DNA of 60,357 bases, from the NCBI GenBank assembly GCA_903910705.1, contig CAIWAN010000083.1:1-60357 (forward strand), read 5' to 3'. Position numbers and translations under genes: made by a program. The notes beneath the pieces were generated by a model. It was not told the DNA's origin and made no database searches. It saw nothing but the letters and a program-made list of their open reading frames with translations. Positions 1 to 9,327 of the stretch are shown piece by piece (the first letter of the stretch is position 1; each line of letters opens with the position of its first letter). The stretch comes from an uncultured Candidatus Marinamargulisbacteria bacterium (lineage in GTDB: Bacteria; Margulisbacteria; Riflemargulisbacteria; GWF2-35-9).

Positions 1-69
1 TCGTCAGGTGGGAATTCTAATTGTCGCTCATCATTTAATGAATGCACTTCAGATATTGACAGTATTTTC

Positions 70-576
70 ATGAAGAAGACATATGAATTATTGAATTTTG
101 ATCGCAGAAAATTAACCCAAATTGTTAATGAGATGAGGCCAAAGATTGTTGCAAATTTTTTTGCGGGTCTTCATAACGCAATGCTACTAGAACAAAACCC
201 TGAAAGAGCAGAGATGATCCGAGAGTGTAGAAAAGAACTATATTTGTCATTGATTCAGAATGATGTTACATATACTCGAAACAAACGAACCAAGGTGGAG
301 CAAATTTCTATATCGATGCATCCTTCTTGTCTCGGGTTGCTATTAGGCGAATTCTCCAATGACTTCGCAGCAAAGATATTGTCACGGATCAATGCATCCG
401 TTTGTTCGACTCTATCGCTTTTACATGGCTATGAAGAGGATGGTAAAGCCGATAAGATTGTAAGTTGCATGGAAACACTCAACATAAACATAAAATTAGC
501 GAAAGAGTTACGTACACCAATGCATCCAATTGGTGGCGGCGAGTATATTGAAGGCATTAAACGAATAGCAAAATAA
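70..576 (+). CDS. hypothetical protein (168 aa)
   Basis: Long ATG-initiated ORF without a competing frame. It ends 2 nt before the convergent argJ stop. I recognised no family motif. Confidence 0.45.
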   Translation: MKKTYELLNFDRRKLTQIVNEMRPKIVANFFAGLHNAMLLEQNPERAEMIRECRKELYLSLIQNDVTYTRNKRTKVEQISISMHPSCLGLLLGEFSNDFAAKILSRINASVCSTLSLLHGYEEDGKADKIVSCMETLNINIKLAKELRTPMHPIGGGEYIEGIKRIAK

Positions 577-578
577 GC

Positions 579-1745
579 TTAATTGTACTCCGCATTGATC
601 TTTACATACTCATAAGACAAATCCGTCGTCCAGCCGGTGAAATGACTTGTCCCTTGATTGAGGTCGAGACGAAAGGTTAGGTTTCGGTTTTTCATATAGG
701 CATCGAGAATAGCTTTATCCATCGGCACAACCGCGCCTTGTTTGACGAGCAAATGAGGCCCCATCCACAAGTCGACTTTTTCAGCGACAAGCGACGATTC
801 GATCTTACCTGCCGAGCAAAGGATACGCCCAAAATTGGGATTCTCACCAAACCATGCGGTTTTGACCAGTGGAGAATTGCAAACCGCAAAAAAGATAGCA
901 CGAGCGTCGCCGTCATTGTCGGCATGGTCTACGGTGAACGTGACGAACTTGGTACAGCCTTCGCCGTCTTGAATGATCTGTTGGGCGAGATCAACCGCTA
1001 TTTCTTTCATCAGCGTGCGAAACTCGGCTTGACGTGATGTCGGGATCGTGGGGCCTTTTCTACTTGCCAGTAACATTAAGGTATCATTGGTCGACGCATC
1101 ACTATCAACCGTGATCCGATTAAAAGAGCTGTCGGCAATATCATTGATCCAAGACCGCAAATCGGAGGTGGGAATATCGGCATTCGTTAAGATGAACCCA
1201 TGCATGGTGGCCATATTGGGTTGTATCATGCCAGAACCCTTACAGATGCCAACCAGTTGAACCGATCGTCCATCCACATCAAGCGTCCGAACAGAGGTTT
1301 TTATAGTGAGGTCAGTGGTCATGATGGCCTGCGCAAAAGGCGTCGCATCAGGGCTAAGGGAATGGGCGAGTTTGGGCAACGCTTGGGTCATGATCTCGAC
1401 GGGTAAGTGTTTGCCAATAATGCCCGTCGATAAAAGAACGCTATTGTCCTTGTTTATTTGGGGGAGGGACTTACCCAGCGCGGTAAGCAGGTCTGAAATA
1501 TCGCGAATCCCTTTGTCACCCGTCAGGGCATTCGCATTGCCACTGTTGACCATAACCGCTTGGAGGGTGTCGGTTTTTTTAAGAAGAGCCTGTGTGTAGT
1601 GAACGCCTGCTGCGCCGAACTTATTGGTCGTCGTCACCGCCGCAAAGGTTGCTCCCTCAGGCGCATAGATCAACGCTAGGTCTTTCTTCTTTTGTTTGAT
1701 CCCTGCATGAATACCTGCAAATTCAAAGCCCTCGACTGTTATCAT
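579..1745 (-). CDS. argJ: bifunctional glutamate N-acetyltransferase / amino-acid acetyltransferase ArgJ
   Basis: 388 aa with ArgJ hallmarks: 'AIMTTD', 'KGSGMIQPNMATMHGF' (self-cleavage Ala|Thr site) and a conserved C-terminus 'DLSYEYVKINAEY'. Confidence 0.9.
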   Translation of the reverse strand: MITVEGFEFAGIHAGIKQKKKDLALIYAPEGATFAAVTTTNKFGAAGVHYTQALLKKTDTLQAVMVNSGNANALTGDKGIRDISDLLTALGKSLPQINKDNSVLLSTGIIGKHLPVEIMTQALPKLAHSLSPDATPFAQAIMTTDLTIKTSVRTLDVDGRSVQLVGICKGSGMIQPNMATMHGFILTNADIPTSDLRSWINDIADSSFNRITVDSDASTNDTLMLLASRKGPTIPTSRQAEFRTLMKEIAVDLAQQIIQDGEGCTKFVTFTVDHADNDGDARAIFFAVCNSPLVKTAWFGENPNFGRILCSAGKIESSLVAEKVDLWMGPHLLVKQGAVVPMDKAILDAYMKNRNLTFRLDLNQGTSHFTGWTTDLSYEYVKINAEYN

Positions 1746-2248
1746 AGTGAATCTCCTTCTTTAAATAGGGCGTGCAATAATCCGCCGTTTTCATATAAAT
1801 GGTAATAATACTTGGGAATGGGTTTGATCTTGATCCCTAACTGACGGGTTCTATTTTGAATATAGGTCTGACGCAAGTCGATGATGAGTTCATTGTCATC
1901 GTCAATATAGTCGGTGTTGGCTTGAACACAAAGCAGTCCGATATTAAACGCGTTTTTGTAAAAGCCGTTAAAGAAGGACTTCCCAATAACCGCCTTGACG
2001 CCAAGCTTTTGTAGAACGAGAGAGGGGAGCTCCTTCGAGGAAGCCGATCCAAAATTATCATCCACCACCAGGATATCTTTCGAAAAGACCTCTTCCCCAA
2101 AGTTAGGAAAAGTCCGCTCAAAGGCTACAATTTGCGTAATATTATGATACGACTCGGTAAAGTCATTTGACACAATATCCTTCGCCGAGACGGGGCCACG
2201 GATCCGAAGACTATGCCCACGAATAATATCTTTTCTCTCGGTGATCAT
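1742..2248 (-). CDS. aconitase-family small (swivel) subunit-like protein, LeuD-like, divergent motif
   Basis: 168 aa, the size of an archaeal-type LeuD/HacB. 'VVDDNFGSASSKELPSLVL' aligns to the canonical 'GxNFGCGSSREHA' but has C->S, R->K and H->L. Overlaps argJ and the upstream gene by 4 nt each (ATGA). Confidence 0.7.
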   Translation of the reverse strand: MITERKDIIRGHSLRIRGPVSAKDIVSNDFTESYHNITQIVAFERTFPNFGEEVFSKDILVVDDNFGSASSKELPSLVLQKLGVKAVIGKSFFNGFYKNAFNIGLLCVQANTDYIDDDNELIIDLRQTYIQNRTRQLGIKIKPIPKYYYHLYENGGLLHALFKEGDSL

Positions 2249-3465
2249 GACCCGATGACCTCATCGATCGGTGCGAGGTATCCACGAATGGCACTGGCAA
2301 GGCAGGTATAAATGGATGCGTTATAAAAAGCAGGGATCATTTGTTTGATCTGAATGGAGAGATCATTGTAACCGGTTGAGAGAATGGTTTCACCGGCGAG
2401 AGGGATGATATCGTTGATCGCGCTACATATCCCTGTTGCAGGGGTTTTAAGGATGCATCCACTCGCCAGAATGGAGGTAAGATAGCCTTGACGAGTCGCT
2501 TCGAGTAGGGTCTTTGCAGAGGATGGAATAATATAGGTCGGAACGGCTACCCGTTTCCCTTCTAGCAAGTGAGCCATCGTCCGAAAGTCGTCCAATGACC
2601 CCCCAATATGTCCGCCGATATAGACCGAATCAATAATTTTCCCCGCAACATCGATGACTTCTTCGATCCGACCATCCACATCAACCAAAGGCGTGAGATT
2701 GGATAGATCAAACGGGAAGATGCGGCTGTACTCGGCGTCCACTGAGGGATTGACCCCCGATTGTTTTCCAAAAAACTGCTTAAGGGGAGGGAACATAAAA
2801 GCGGATCGATTCATCGTATAGTGGTGAAGCGATAGACTAAACAAGTCTTGATCGGTCATCTCATCGAGGATAGAGCCACTAAATTCGAGCATATAGGGCC
2901 GATGGATAACAAGGGATGACAGCTCTTTCTTTAGAAACAGCGCAATGTCTTTGCCGGTTACATAAGCTGACAGCATGCCCGTTAGTTCAACTTGGATAAT
3001 ATCAGGGACTGAAAGATCGTATTTGCCTGTCATCATGGCGTAGATCATGTCGTGAATTCCTGAACTAATATTTAAATTATTAAGGGGAGCAAAATAATTA
3101 ACGGTCGAATCCCGCGCCAGAACCGTGCTACCCGCACTGATAACGCCTTGTTCATAAAGAAGGGTATTCCAAAGACCCTGATAATTGTCGAGAATATTGA
3201 ACTGATATTTTTTGGCGAGGTCGATAATTTGTCGCTGATTAATGCCATAACGGGCTTCGAACTGATAGTGGAAGTGCGTTAAAGCGAGATATATCTGTTT
3301 GTGCGGCGGATGAAGACATTCTTTTTCCAAAAACTCAAAAACGGGTTTTGCGCTATTATCGGGGATAATGATCGTATCAATGGAGATGGGAATAACGTCA
3401 TCTGGAATAACACGGTCAACAGACGCATGCGCTCTGATGATATGATCAAGAATCGTCCCTTTCAT
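2245..3465 (-). CDS. aconitase-family large subunit-like protein, LeuC-like, Fe-S ligand motifs degenerate
   Basis: 406 aa. Its layout is collinear with archaeal-type LeuC/HacA. 'IGGHIGGSLDDFR' aligns to 'IGSCTNGRxEDxR'. 'PATGICSA' aligns to 'PGCGPCxG'. 'STGYNDLSI' aligns to 'STSNRNFxGR'. Alignment done by eye. Confidence 0.65.
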   Translation of the reverse strand: MKGTILDHIIRAHASVDRVIPDDVIPISIDTIIIPDNSAKPVFEFLEKECLHPPHKQIYLALTHFHYQFEARYGINQRQIIDLAKKYQFNILDNYQGLWNTLLYEQGVISAGSTVLARDSTVNYFAPLNNLNISSGIHDMIYAMMTGKYDLSVPDIIQVELTGMLSAYVTGKDIALFLKKELSSLVIHRPYMLEFSGSILDEMTDQDLFSLSLHHYTMNRSAFMFPPLKQFFGKQSGVNPSVDAEYSRIFPFDLSNLTPLVDVDGRIEEVIDVAGKIIDSVYIGGHIGGSLDDFRTMAHLLEGKRVAVPTYIIPSSAKTLLEATRQGYLTSILASGCILKTPATGICSAINDIIPLAGETILSTGYNDLSIQIKQMIPAFYNASIYTCLASAIRGYLAPIDEVIGS

Positions 3466-3513
3466 AATTGAGGATATTATAGCATAGCGACTCGCTTACA
3501 TGTTATTATCGAG

Positions 3514-4407
3514 GTGATGAATATCGTTCGACCGATCCTGTTATTATTCGTGGCACTTTTCACGTTTGCCTCCGATTGGAAGCCAACGGCGGAGCTTAAT
3601 CTTTGTTGGGGGTTTAGCAATAAAAGTGAGATCCTTTCCCCACTACTCACATGGGAGCATTCCTATGTGAATCTTGCGGGTAAGCTTAGTAAAGATTCGA
3701 TCGCGGTGATCCGTTGGGCGCTACCGGATACAACAACCGCAACCGTCCGTTCCCATGATCTGTTTTACGAAGCCTATTATCAAGAGGGCGAGTCGAAGGT
3801 TGGAAAACACCACGCCCCCTTTGGAAGCTATATGACTCGCACGATTTCAGATGTCTGGACTCGATCTTTTGAGGAAGTAAATCGGATCGGACTTTCGACT
3901 CGATTTATCTATTCTGATGTGTTTGCCCTGAACATCGGAGCCTTTAATAATGGGGTAAACGATGCGATGTCGGGGTTTGCCCTCAAGACAGAGATTATTC
4001 CTCGTTCTGATATCATCTTTCAACAGTCTTTTCTCTATGACCAAGTATTCGATACCAGCGGTGCAAGGGTGGATAAACTCGATGTTCAGGCCATGTCGAT
4101 GCTTGATTTTAAGGGGGCGATTGTTGATATCGATCTTTACCGTCAGCTTGCAGGACCCAATATGAATGCCACCGTCGTCAACGTCGGGTTGCAAGTTCAG
4201 TTGACAAAACCCCTTGATCTAGCGATGCGGCTTGAGTGGGCCAATGCGGGGGCGTCGGCTCTTATCAATCGAAATGTGGGGTTAACCATAGGGCTAAACA
4301 ATAAGTTCTCGCCGGTCTCCACCTACAGTATCGAGGGACAGTTCATGACTCTTCAGGACAGTCAATTTAGTTGGGTCTTTCAGAATCGCTTAAGTGTTAG
4401 TCTCTAA
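3514..4407 (+). CDS. secreted / outer-membrane-like hypothetical protein
   Basis: N-terminal signal peptide 'MMNIVRPILLLFVALFTFAS'. The remainder has an alternating, beta-strand-like pattern. No named family recognised. Confidence 0.5.
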   Translation: MMNIVRPILLLFVALFTFASDWKPTAELNLCWGFSNKSEILSPLLTWEHSYVNLAGKLSKDSIAVIRWALPDTTTATVRSHDLFYEAYYQEGESKVGKHHAPFGSYMTRTISDVWTRSFEEVNRIGLSTRFIYSDVFALNIGAFNNGVNDAMSGFALKTEIIPRSDIIFQQSFLYDQVFDTSGARVDKLDVQAMSMLDFKGAIVDIDLYRQLAGPNMNATVVNVGLQVQLTKPLDLAMRLEWANAGASALINRNVGLTIGLNNKFSPVSTYSIEGQFMTLQDSQFSWVFQNRLSVSL

Positions 4408-5167
4408 AAATATCAAAATAGGACTGGCTCTCAGCGGGGGCAGCATTCGAGGGTTCGCCCATTTGGGTGTTTTAAAAATTATCGAAGAACACCAAATTCC
4501 CGTTCATATGATCGCCGGCACCAGCATTGGCGCTATCATTGGTGCTTTATATGCCTCAGGGTATTCGGTCAAAGAGTTGATCTCGATCACCTCTCGAATT
4601 CGATGGAAACATTTATTTCAGTTCCCAACATCACCCGCGGGGATCAGTAGTGGCGAACCCATAGAGCGACTTTTAAAGCGGGTCATCCCCCATGATTCTT
4701 TCGACAAATTAGGTGTTCCGTTCCAAGCCGTCGTCACCAATATTACCCAAGGCAAAAGTCTATCGTTTGGTGAGGGCTCTTTGTCGGCTGCGATTCGAAT
4801 GAGTGCAACGTTTCCGGGTATCTATTCGCCGATGGAACAAGCAGAGTCGCTGATGATGGATGGAGGGCTTTATGCGAATCTTCCGGTTAATGCGGTTAAA
4901 GCGATGGGGGCCGATATCATCATTGGTGTTGATGTTTTACCCAAAGCCGAGCTGACCCCAAAAAATCATAATTTATTTGAGGTGATGGATCGTTCGATCG
5001 ATCTCATGCTGAAAAATCAGCCCGTCAGCCCTCATTGTAATTTACTCCTTGAACCCGTAACAGAATGGATCTCGTCAATGGAGATCAATCGCAAACAAGA
5101 GCTGATCGATATGGGTGAGAAAGCCGCACGGGACAACTTATTGCCGTTTATGGCGACGTTTATTTAG
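4394..5167 (+). CDS. patatin-like phospholipase (RssA-like, cytoplasmic)
   Basis: Carries the oxyanion motif 'GGSIRG', the nucleophile elbow 'GTSIG' and the catalytic 'DGG'. GTG start. No signal peptide. Confidence 0.85.
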   Translation: MLVSKNIKIGLALSGGSIRGFAHLGVLKIIEEHQIPVHMIAGTSIGAIIGALYASGYSVKELISITSRIRWKHLFQFPTSPAGISSGEPIERLLKRVIPHDSFDKLGVPFQAVVTNITQGKSLSFGEGSLSAAIRMSATFPGIYSPMEQAESLMMDGGLYANLPVNAVKAMGADIIIGVDVLPKAELTPKNHNLFEVMDRSIDLMLKNQPVSPHCNLLLEPVTEWISSMEINRKQELIDMGEKAARDNLLPFMATFI

Positions 5168-5762
5168 CGATCTGATAGGCCGTGTTTCGGCCTTGGCCTG
5201 TTTTGACGATAAGGCTGGCGTTTAGCAGACCCGTCAACTCGATATGAGCCGTTTTATGACTCACCTTATATTGATCCCTGAAGTCACGATTCGTAATGGT
5301 GGTATGAGTTTTTAGATAGTCAAGGACGGCCGTCTGTCGAGCATTCCATTTCAGAACCGTTTCTACGCCAACCATGGGACGAATAAGGTCTTTCGCAATT
5401 TTTTTAACCTCACCGCTCGTGTTTCTCATATAGAACTTGTTACGTGTCGCATAGGGCTTTTCTTTTCCTTCTGCAAGCGTGATTAACAGAACCAACCGGT
5501 CGCCACGCTGGATCTCTTCGATGGTAATGGGGGCAGGAGGCGTGATCTTTTGGATGATGGTTTCGACAAAATGCTTTGAGACATTACTGCCCAGTAAATG
5601 GCTGTTTTTGTCGTCGATACCCACAATAATGCGACCACCGGACTCGTTTAAAAAAGCAACGCAAAATTTCAGCAGATCTTCGGCAGCACCCACGGATGGC
5701 AAAAACTCGACTTGCGAGCCTTCTCCAGTTTTCAAACAGGCAAGTACATCACTCCATGGCAT
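5160..5762 (-). CDS. AlbA_2/Schlafen-type DNA-binding domain protein with C-terminal winged-HTH (putative regulator)
   Basis: 'SQVEFLPS...CVAFLNESGGRIIVGIDD' matches the AlbA_2 pattern (xEFK ... AFaN..GG.i.iGv.D). The C-terminal 'ITNRDFRDQYKVSHKTAHIELTGL' looks like an HTH. Confidence 0.6.
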   Translation of the reverse strand: MPWSDVLACLKTGEGSQVEFLPSVGAAEDLLKFCVAFLNESGGRIIVGIDDKNSHLLGSNVSKHFVETIIQKITPPAPITIEEIQRGDRLVLLITLAEGKEKPYATRNKFYMRNTSGEVKKIAKDLIRPMVGVETVLKWNARQTAVLDYLKTHTTITNRDFRDQYKVSHKTAHIELTGLLNASLIVKTGQGRNTAYQIAK

Positions 5763-5791
5763 AATCTTATGCTACCATTCCACAGAACCCT

Positions 5792-5819
5792 TTGACAATT
5801 TAATATAAATCTCTATACT
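5792..5819 (+). promoter_or_regulatory. sigma70-like promoter TTGACA-16 nt-TATACT upstream of the giant repeat protein
   Basis: TTGACA at 5792..5797 and TATACT at 5814..5819. Lies in the 79-bp divergent intergenic region, 22 nt upstream of the TTG start at 5842. Confidence 0.4.
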
Positions 5820-5841
5820 CATTTCGCAGGGGCATATTTAT

Positions 5842-8800
5842 TTGAAAAAGTTACTTTCGCTATTCATTATTTTTATCATCAATGCTTCCTTCGCCGGAAT
5901 CCTTAACTATACCCGTCTTTCTGGGGGCAATGGTGACGTCACCATTACGCAGATCAATGCTTCCGATCGAGCGCGTTATACCGCTAGCGATCTCATGACG
6001 GGGCAAAACCTTAATTTATCCGATATTCGAAATGTAAATGGCAGCAATATCGACAGAAAGATCATGCTGAAGAATCTGGGTACACTGGGACAAATTACTC
6101 TCTTCAATTCGACAAGCACCAATATTCGCGTCAAATTTATTGTCGAAGTAGCGACCAGCCTTGAAGGTCCACTGGTCCGGTTTAAAACCGATCCGGTCGT
6201 TTATCCGGTAGAAGTCCCCGCTCATGGAACACGTGTCTTAGACAGCGTCGAGGTCTACAACCTTAACGATTCTTGGGTAAGAGACTCGACCGAATTAGCG
6301 ACAAAGTCAAAATATGATACCCTACAAAATGCCGCCATTTTTCAGTATTCTCAGACGGGGGAACTGGTTCCGCCTCGCACCTACATCATGAAAGTCAATG
6401 TGGTTAATGAAACCAACGAGGCGACGCTTTACGATAGTGTCGAAGCCAGTGTTTATCAACCGGGTGTGTCAGGAAAAACAGAACTCATTCTGCCTTCAAC
6501 CGGCGAGCAGATCCCTTTCTCTAATGCAAATCCAACCTTTATTTGGCGAAATGAAGTCAGAACAGGCGTAAACTTGAACTACACTTTCTCGCTTTACGAT
6601 TTTAAAGACACGGATAGTCTTGTCGGGGCCATCAGCGGTATTCCCAAGTATTCAACGACCATCGCCAATGACAAGTTCTATACTTATGATGGCCCCTCGT
6701 TAGAGCTGGGTAAAAAGTATGCGTGGAAACTTGACACCTACGACGGAACCGATCGATTCCTTTCGACTGCCTATGATTGGTTCCAGTACGAAGTGCCTCG
6801 ACCAGCGCGCTTAAACGCTCCCCTCGAACCCGTTACGCATTTCCCTGTACTCTTTTCATGGATAGGCGTGGCGGGTGCGGATCGCTACCAGATCGCGATC
6901 TCGTTACACAAGGACTTCACCGAGGCCAAAACCTACGAGACCGATGGGGTTGCTTATTCTATCAATTATGACCCTTTCTTTGAGCCGGGCAAAACCTATT
7001 TTTGGAAAGTCGAAGCCCTCGATAAAATGGGCGCCCGTTTCGTTCCCGACCCTCAAATTGGGACATTCCTTTACAACCAACAGATCGACCTTATTCGTCC
7101 GGTTAATTCACAGATCATGATCCTTCCTCCCCAATTCGAATGGAAGGGTCTGGATGGCGCAGCCGCTTATCGGATCAGGATCACGGATAAACAAGATTTT
7201 GCGTCCTATCAGGAATTTATTGTGGATCAGACGAGCTATCAACCCGACGCCTCCGATTATTATGCGTTCGATAAAACCTATTACTGGAAAGTTCAGGCCC
7301 TATCCAATGTGGGTGGCGAATGGGGGCCCGAGAGCTCGGCCGCATCGTTTAAGTCGCCTCAACGCGAGGTCCCCTTCCTTATATCGCCGATGGGGGATGA
7401 GTTGCCTAACTTACTGCAAGTCCAGTTTAGTTGGCAAAATACGGGATGGGCAAAATCATACGAGATCCAAGTCGCCGATAATCGAGAGATGAAAAATAGC
7501 ATAACGTTCAAGTCAAACGTATCGCCATTGATGGTTCAAAATACAGATGGATGGATGCAATGGGCCAAAACCTATTATTGGCAGGTGCTTCCTTATGATG
7601 AAATCAAACAAAACTTTGGAAAGAAAAGCGAAATGAGCTCTTTTAAAACCCTGCCTAGAAAAGCCCCTGTCTTGATCGCTCCGCTGGGAGACGAAGTCGA
7701 TAACCTCGCGACCATCGGGTTTAACTGGGAAAAACCTTTGTGGGCATCGAAATATCAACTGCTGATCGCTGACAATCGTGACATGAATCACCCCCTCGCG
7801 ATTGATGCATTTCCTCCGTTTGGGTGGCAAAACGATGGGCTTGTTAAATTAGGTCAAACCTATTATTGGCAAGTTATTCCCGCCGATGACCAAGGTCAAT
7901 CCTATGGGGTTAAGTCCGACATCATGACGTTTAGATCTAGATCGATCCCTGCCATAGAGCTTTCAAGTCCTGTCGGAGACGTTATCAATAGCGTCAAAGA
8001 TGTGGTGGTGAATTGGACGTCCATCGAAGGGGCTGCTCAGTACCAAGTTCTTTTAGCCCAAGATGACGCCACATTTCAAAATGCGACCATTTATTATAGT
8101 GAAAAGCCACCGTTCATACTTCAAGCTGATAAATTAAAATCGGGTGTAAAATATCTAGTTCGAATAAAGGCCGTTGATAAAGAAAGTCAAGTTTATGGGG
8201 CACAGTCTAATGATGGCAGTTTCTATATCAACATGGAGGATAGTACCATTCCAAGGCCTCCCGTTATCATTTATCCTGCCGGAAAGATCAATGAGTCAAA
8301 CCCTATTATCAAATGGACATCGGTTCCCAGTGCGGACAGTTATGAAGTGGTTTTGAACGTCCTAAGAAACGGATCTGCATCGAAATTAACCGTCAAAACA
8401 CCTGAAATTGAGTTATCGAAGTTAGGCGTTGTGCGTCCCGGAGAAACGTGTCGATTAACAGTTCAAGCCCTCGACCCTAATGGGAAGCCGTTTCTTGATA
8501 ACAGCAAAGAGTCCTCGTTCTCATTACCCCTTCCTTCCATAAAATTGCTGGGGCCCATTGGCAAACCCCTCGCAGCCAAAGACGTCAAATTATCATGGAA
8601 AGGCGACAAGACCTATGATGAATATAAAGTTGTTTTTGGAAAAGGCCCAAACTTGGATGACCCAAAAACCTTTTCAACCAAGGAGCAACAATACGAGATT
8701 AAAGGCCTTGAATTAGGTGCTTATTCATGGCTGATTATTGGTGTTTGGAAGGGAGAAGAGCTCTTCAAAACAGCACCCGCATCCTTCACCATCGTGCCGT

Positions 8801-9327
8801 CTCCATGGCTAGGCAAGATCGTTCTGACCGATCCCATTAATAAAAATATCCGAGGTGAAAAGATCCTCTTTTCGTGGACGCCCATCGAAGGCCTTGATGA
8901 GTACAAGATCCGACTTTCGAAAGGGATCGATGACAGTAAAGAGTACAAAACAAAAGATAAAACACTGCAAATATCAGACTTAGAGTCGGGCAATTACAAT
9001 TGGCAGGTTCTGGGGGTTAAAGAAGGACGAGACGTTTTGATGTCTTCGGTTGCTGTCTTTAAATTCGACTATGTCAAATCGGTGTCCGAAAATATCGTGA
9101 CAACCGAAAACAACAAACCCTTATTCGTCGAAGCAACACCTCAAGATCTGTCCAAATTTGCCGATTTCATTAAAGAGTATCTCCGTGCCAATGGGGCCGC
9201 GAATCTCATGGACGGCATGGACTTCCAAGAACTTGTGCTAGACGGAAAAAAAGAAAAAATAAACAATATCTTATTGCAAGAATTGATCGATGAGAGCGCT
9301 CAGATCAAATATATAAAGGTGCGTTAA
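5842..9327 (+). CDS. large secreted protein with about 9 tandem Fn3-like domains
   Basis: 1161 aa with signal peptide 'MKKLLSLFIIFIINASFA'. About 95-aa units recur with a W (strand B), 'Y.i.i' and 'TYYWKV.A / TYYWQV / TYFWKVEA' (Fn3 strand-F-like) pattern. TTG start. Confidence 0.75.
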   Translation: MKKLLSLFIIFIINASFAGILNYTRLSGGNGDVTITQINASDRARYTASDLMTGQNLNLSDIRNVNGSNIDRKIMLKNLGTLGQITLFNSTSTNIRVKFIVEVATSLEGPLVRFKTDPVVYPVEVPAHGTRVLDSVEVYNLNDSWVRDSTELATKSKYDTLQNAAIFQYSQTGELVPPRTYIMKVNVVNETNEATLYDSVEASVYQPGVSGKTELILPSTGEQIPFSNANPTFIWRNEVRTGVNLNYTFSLYDFKDTDSLVGAISGIPKYSTTIANDKFYTYDGPSLELGKKYAWKLDTYDGTDRFLSTAYDWFQYEVPRPARLNAPLEPVTHFPVLFSWIGVAGADRYQIAISLHKDFTEAKTYETDGVAYSINYDPFFEPGKTYFWKVEALDKMGARFVPDPQIGTFLYNQQIDLIRPVNSQIMILPPQFEWKGLDGAAAYRIRITDKQDFASYQEFIVDQTSYQPDASDYYAFDKTYYWKVQALSNVGGEWGPESSAASFKSPQREVPFLISPMGDELPNLLQVQFSWQNTGWAKSYEIQVADNREMKNSITFKSNVSPLMVQNTDGWMQWAKTYYWQVLPYDEIKQNFGKKSEMSSFKTLPRKAPVLIAPLGDEVDNLATIGFNWEKPLWASKYQLLIADNRDMNHPLAIDAFPPFGWQNDGLVKLGQTYYWQVIPADDQGQSYGVKSDIMTFRSRSIPAIELSSPVGDVINSVKDVVVNWTSIEGAAQYQVLLAQDDATFQNATIYYSEKPPFILQADKLKSGVKYLVRIKAVDKESQVYGAQSNDGSFYINMEDSTIPRPPVIIYPAGKINESNPIIKWTSVPSADSYEVVLNVLRNGSASKLTVKTPEIELSKLGVVRPGETCRLTVQALDPNGKPFLDNSKESSFSLPLPSIKLLGPIGKPLAAKDVKLSWKGDKTYDEYKVVFGKGPNLDDPKTFSTKEQQYEIKGLELGAYSWLIIGVWKGEELFKTAPASFTIVPSPWLGKIVLTDPINKNIRGEKILFSWTPIEGLDEYKIRLSKGIDDSKEYKTKDKTLQISDLESGNYNWQVLGVKEGRDVLMSSVAVFKFDYVKSVSENIVTTENNKPLFVEATPQDLSKFADFIKEYLRANGAANLMDGMDFQELVLDGKKEKINNILLQELIDESAQIKYIKVR
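6480..9080 (+). repeat. coding tandem array of about 9 divergent ~285-nt (about 95-aa) domain repeats
   Basis: The repeats are visible at protein level only: 'KKYAWKL', 'KTYFWKV', 'KTYYWKV', 'KTYYWQV', 'QTYYWQV', 'VKYLVRI', 'ETCRLTV', 'GAYSWLI', 'GNYNWQV'. Boundaries are approximate. Confidence 0.6.

Noticed and set aside
692-1599. Five ORFs of 68-99 aa (692..925, 738..1037, 1048..1260, 1200..1406, 1306..1599) inside or antisense to argJ.
   Set aside because: They lie entirely within a gene that has clear family motifs and have no motifs of their own. These are typical shadow ORFs. The same reasoning applies to the many other 60-150-aa ORFs nested in larger recognisable genes across the window.
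3514-5167. A possible split PlpD-like type Vd secretion pair (barrel-like protein plus patatin).
   Set aside because: The patatin ORF has no signal peptide, and the order is reversed relative to PlpD (passenger-POTRA-barrel). The upstream protein shows no POTRA-like region and no terminal aromatic residue.
6777-7492. Arg/Pro-rich alternative-frame ORFs within the giant repeat-protein gene.
   Set aside because: The Fn3-like periodicity and the signal peptide support the long frame. The alternative frames have low-complexity composition typical of off-frame translation.
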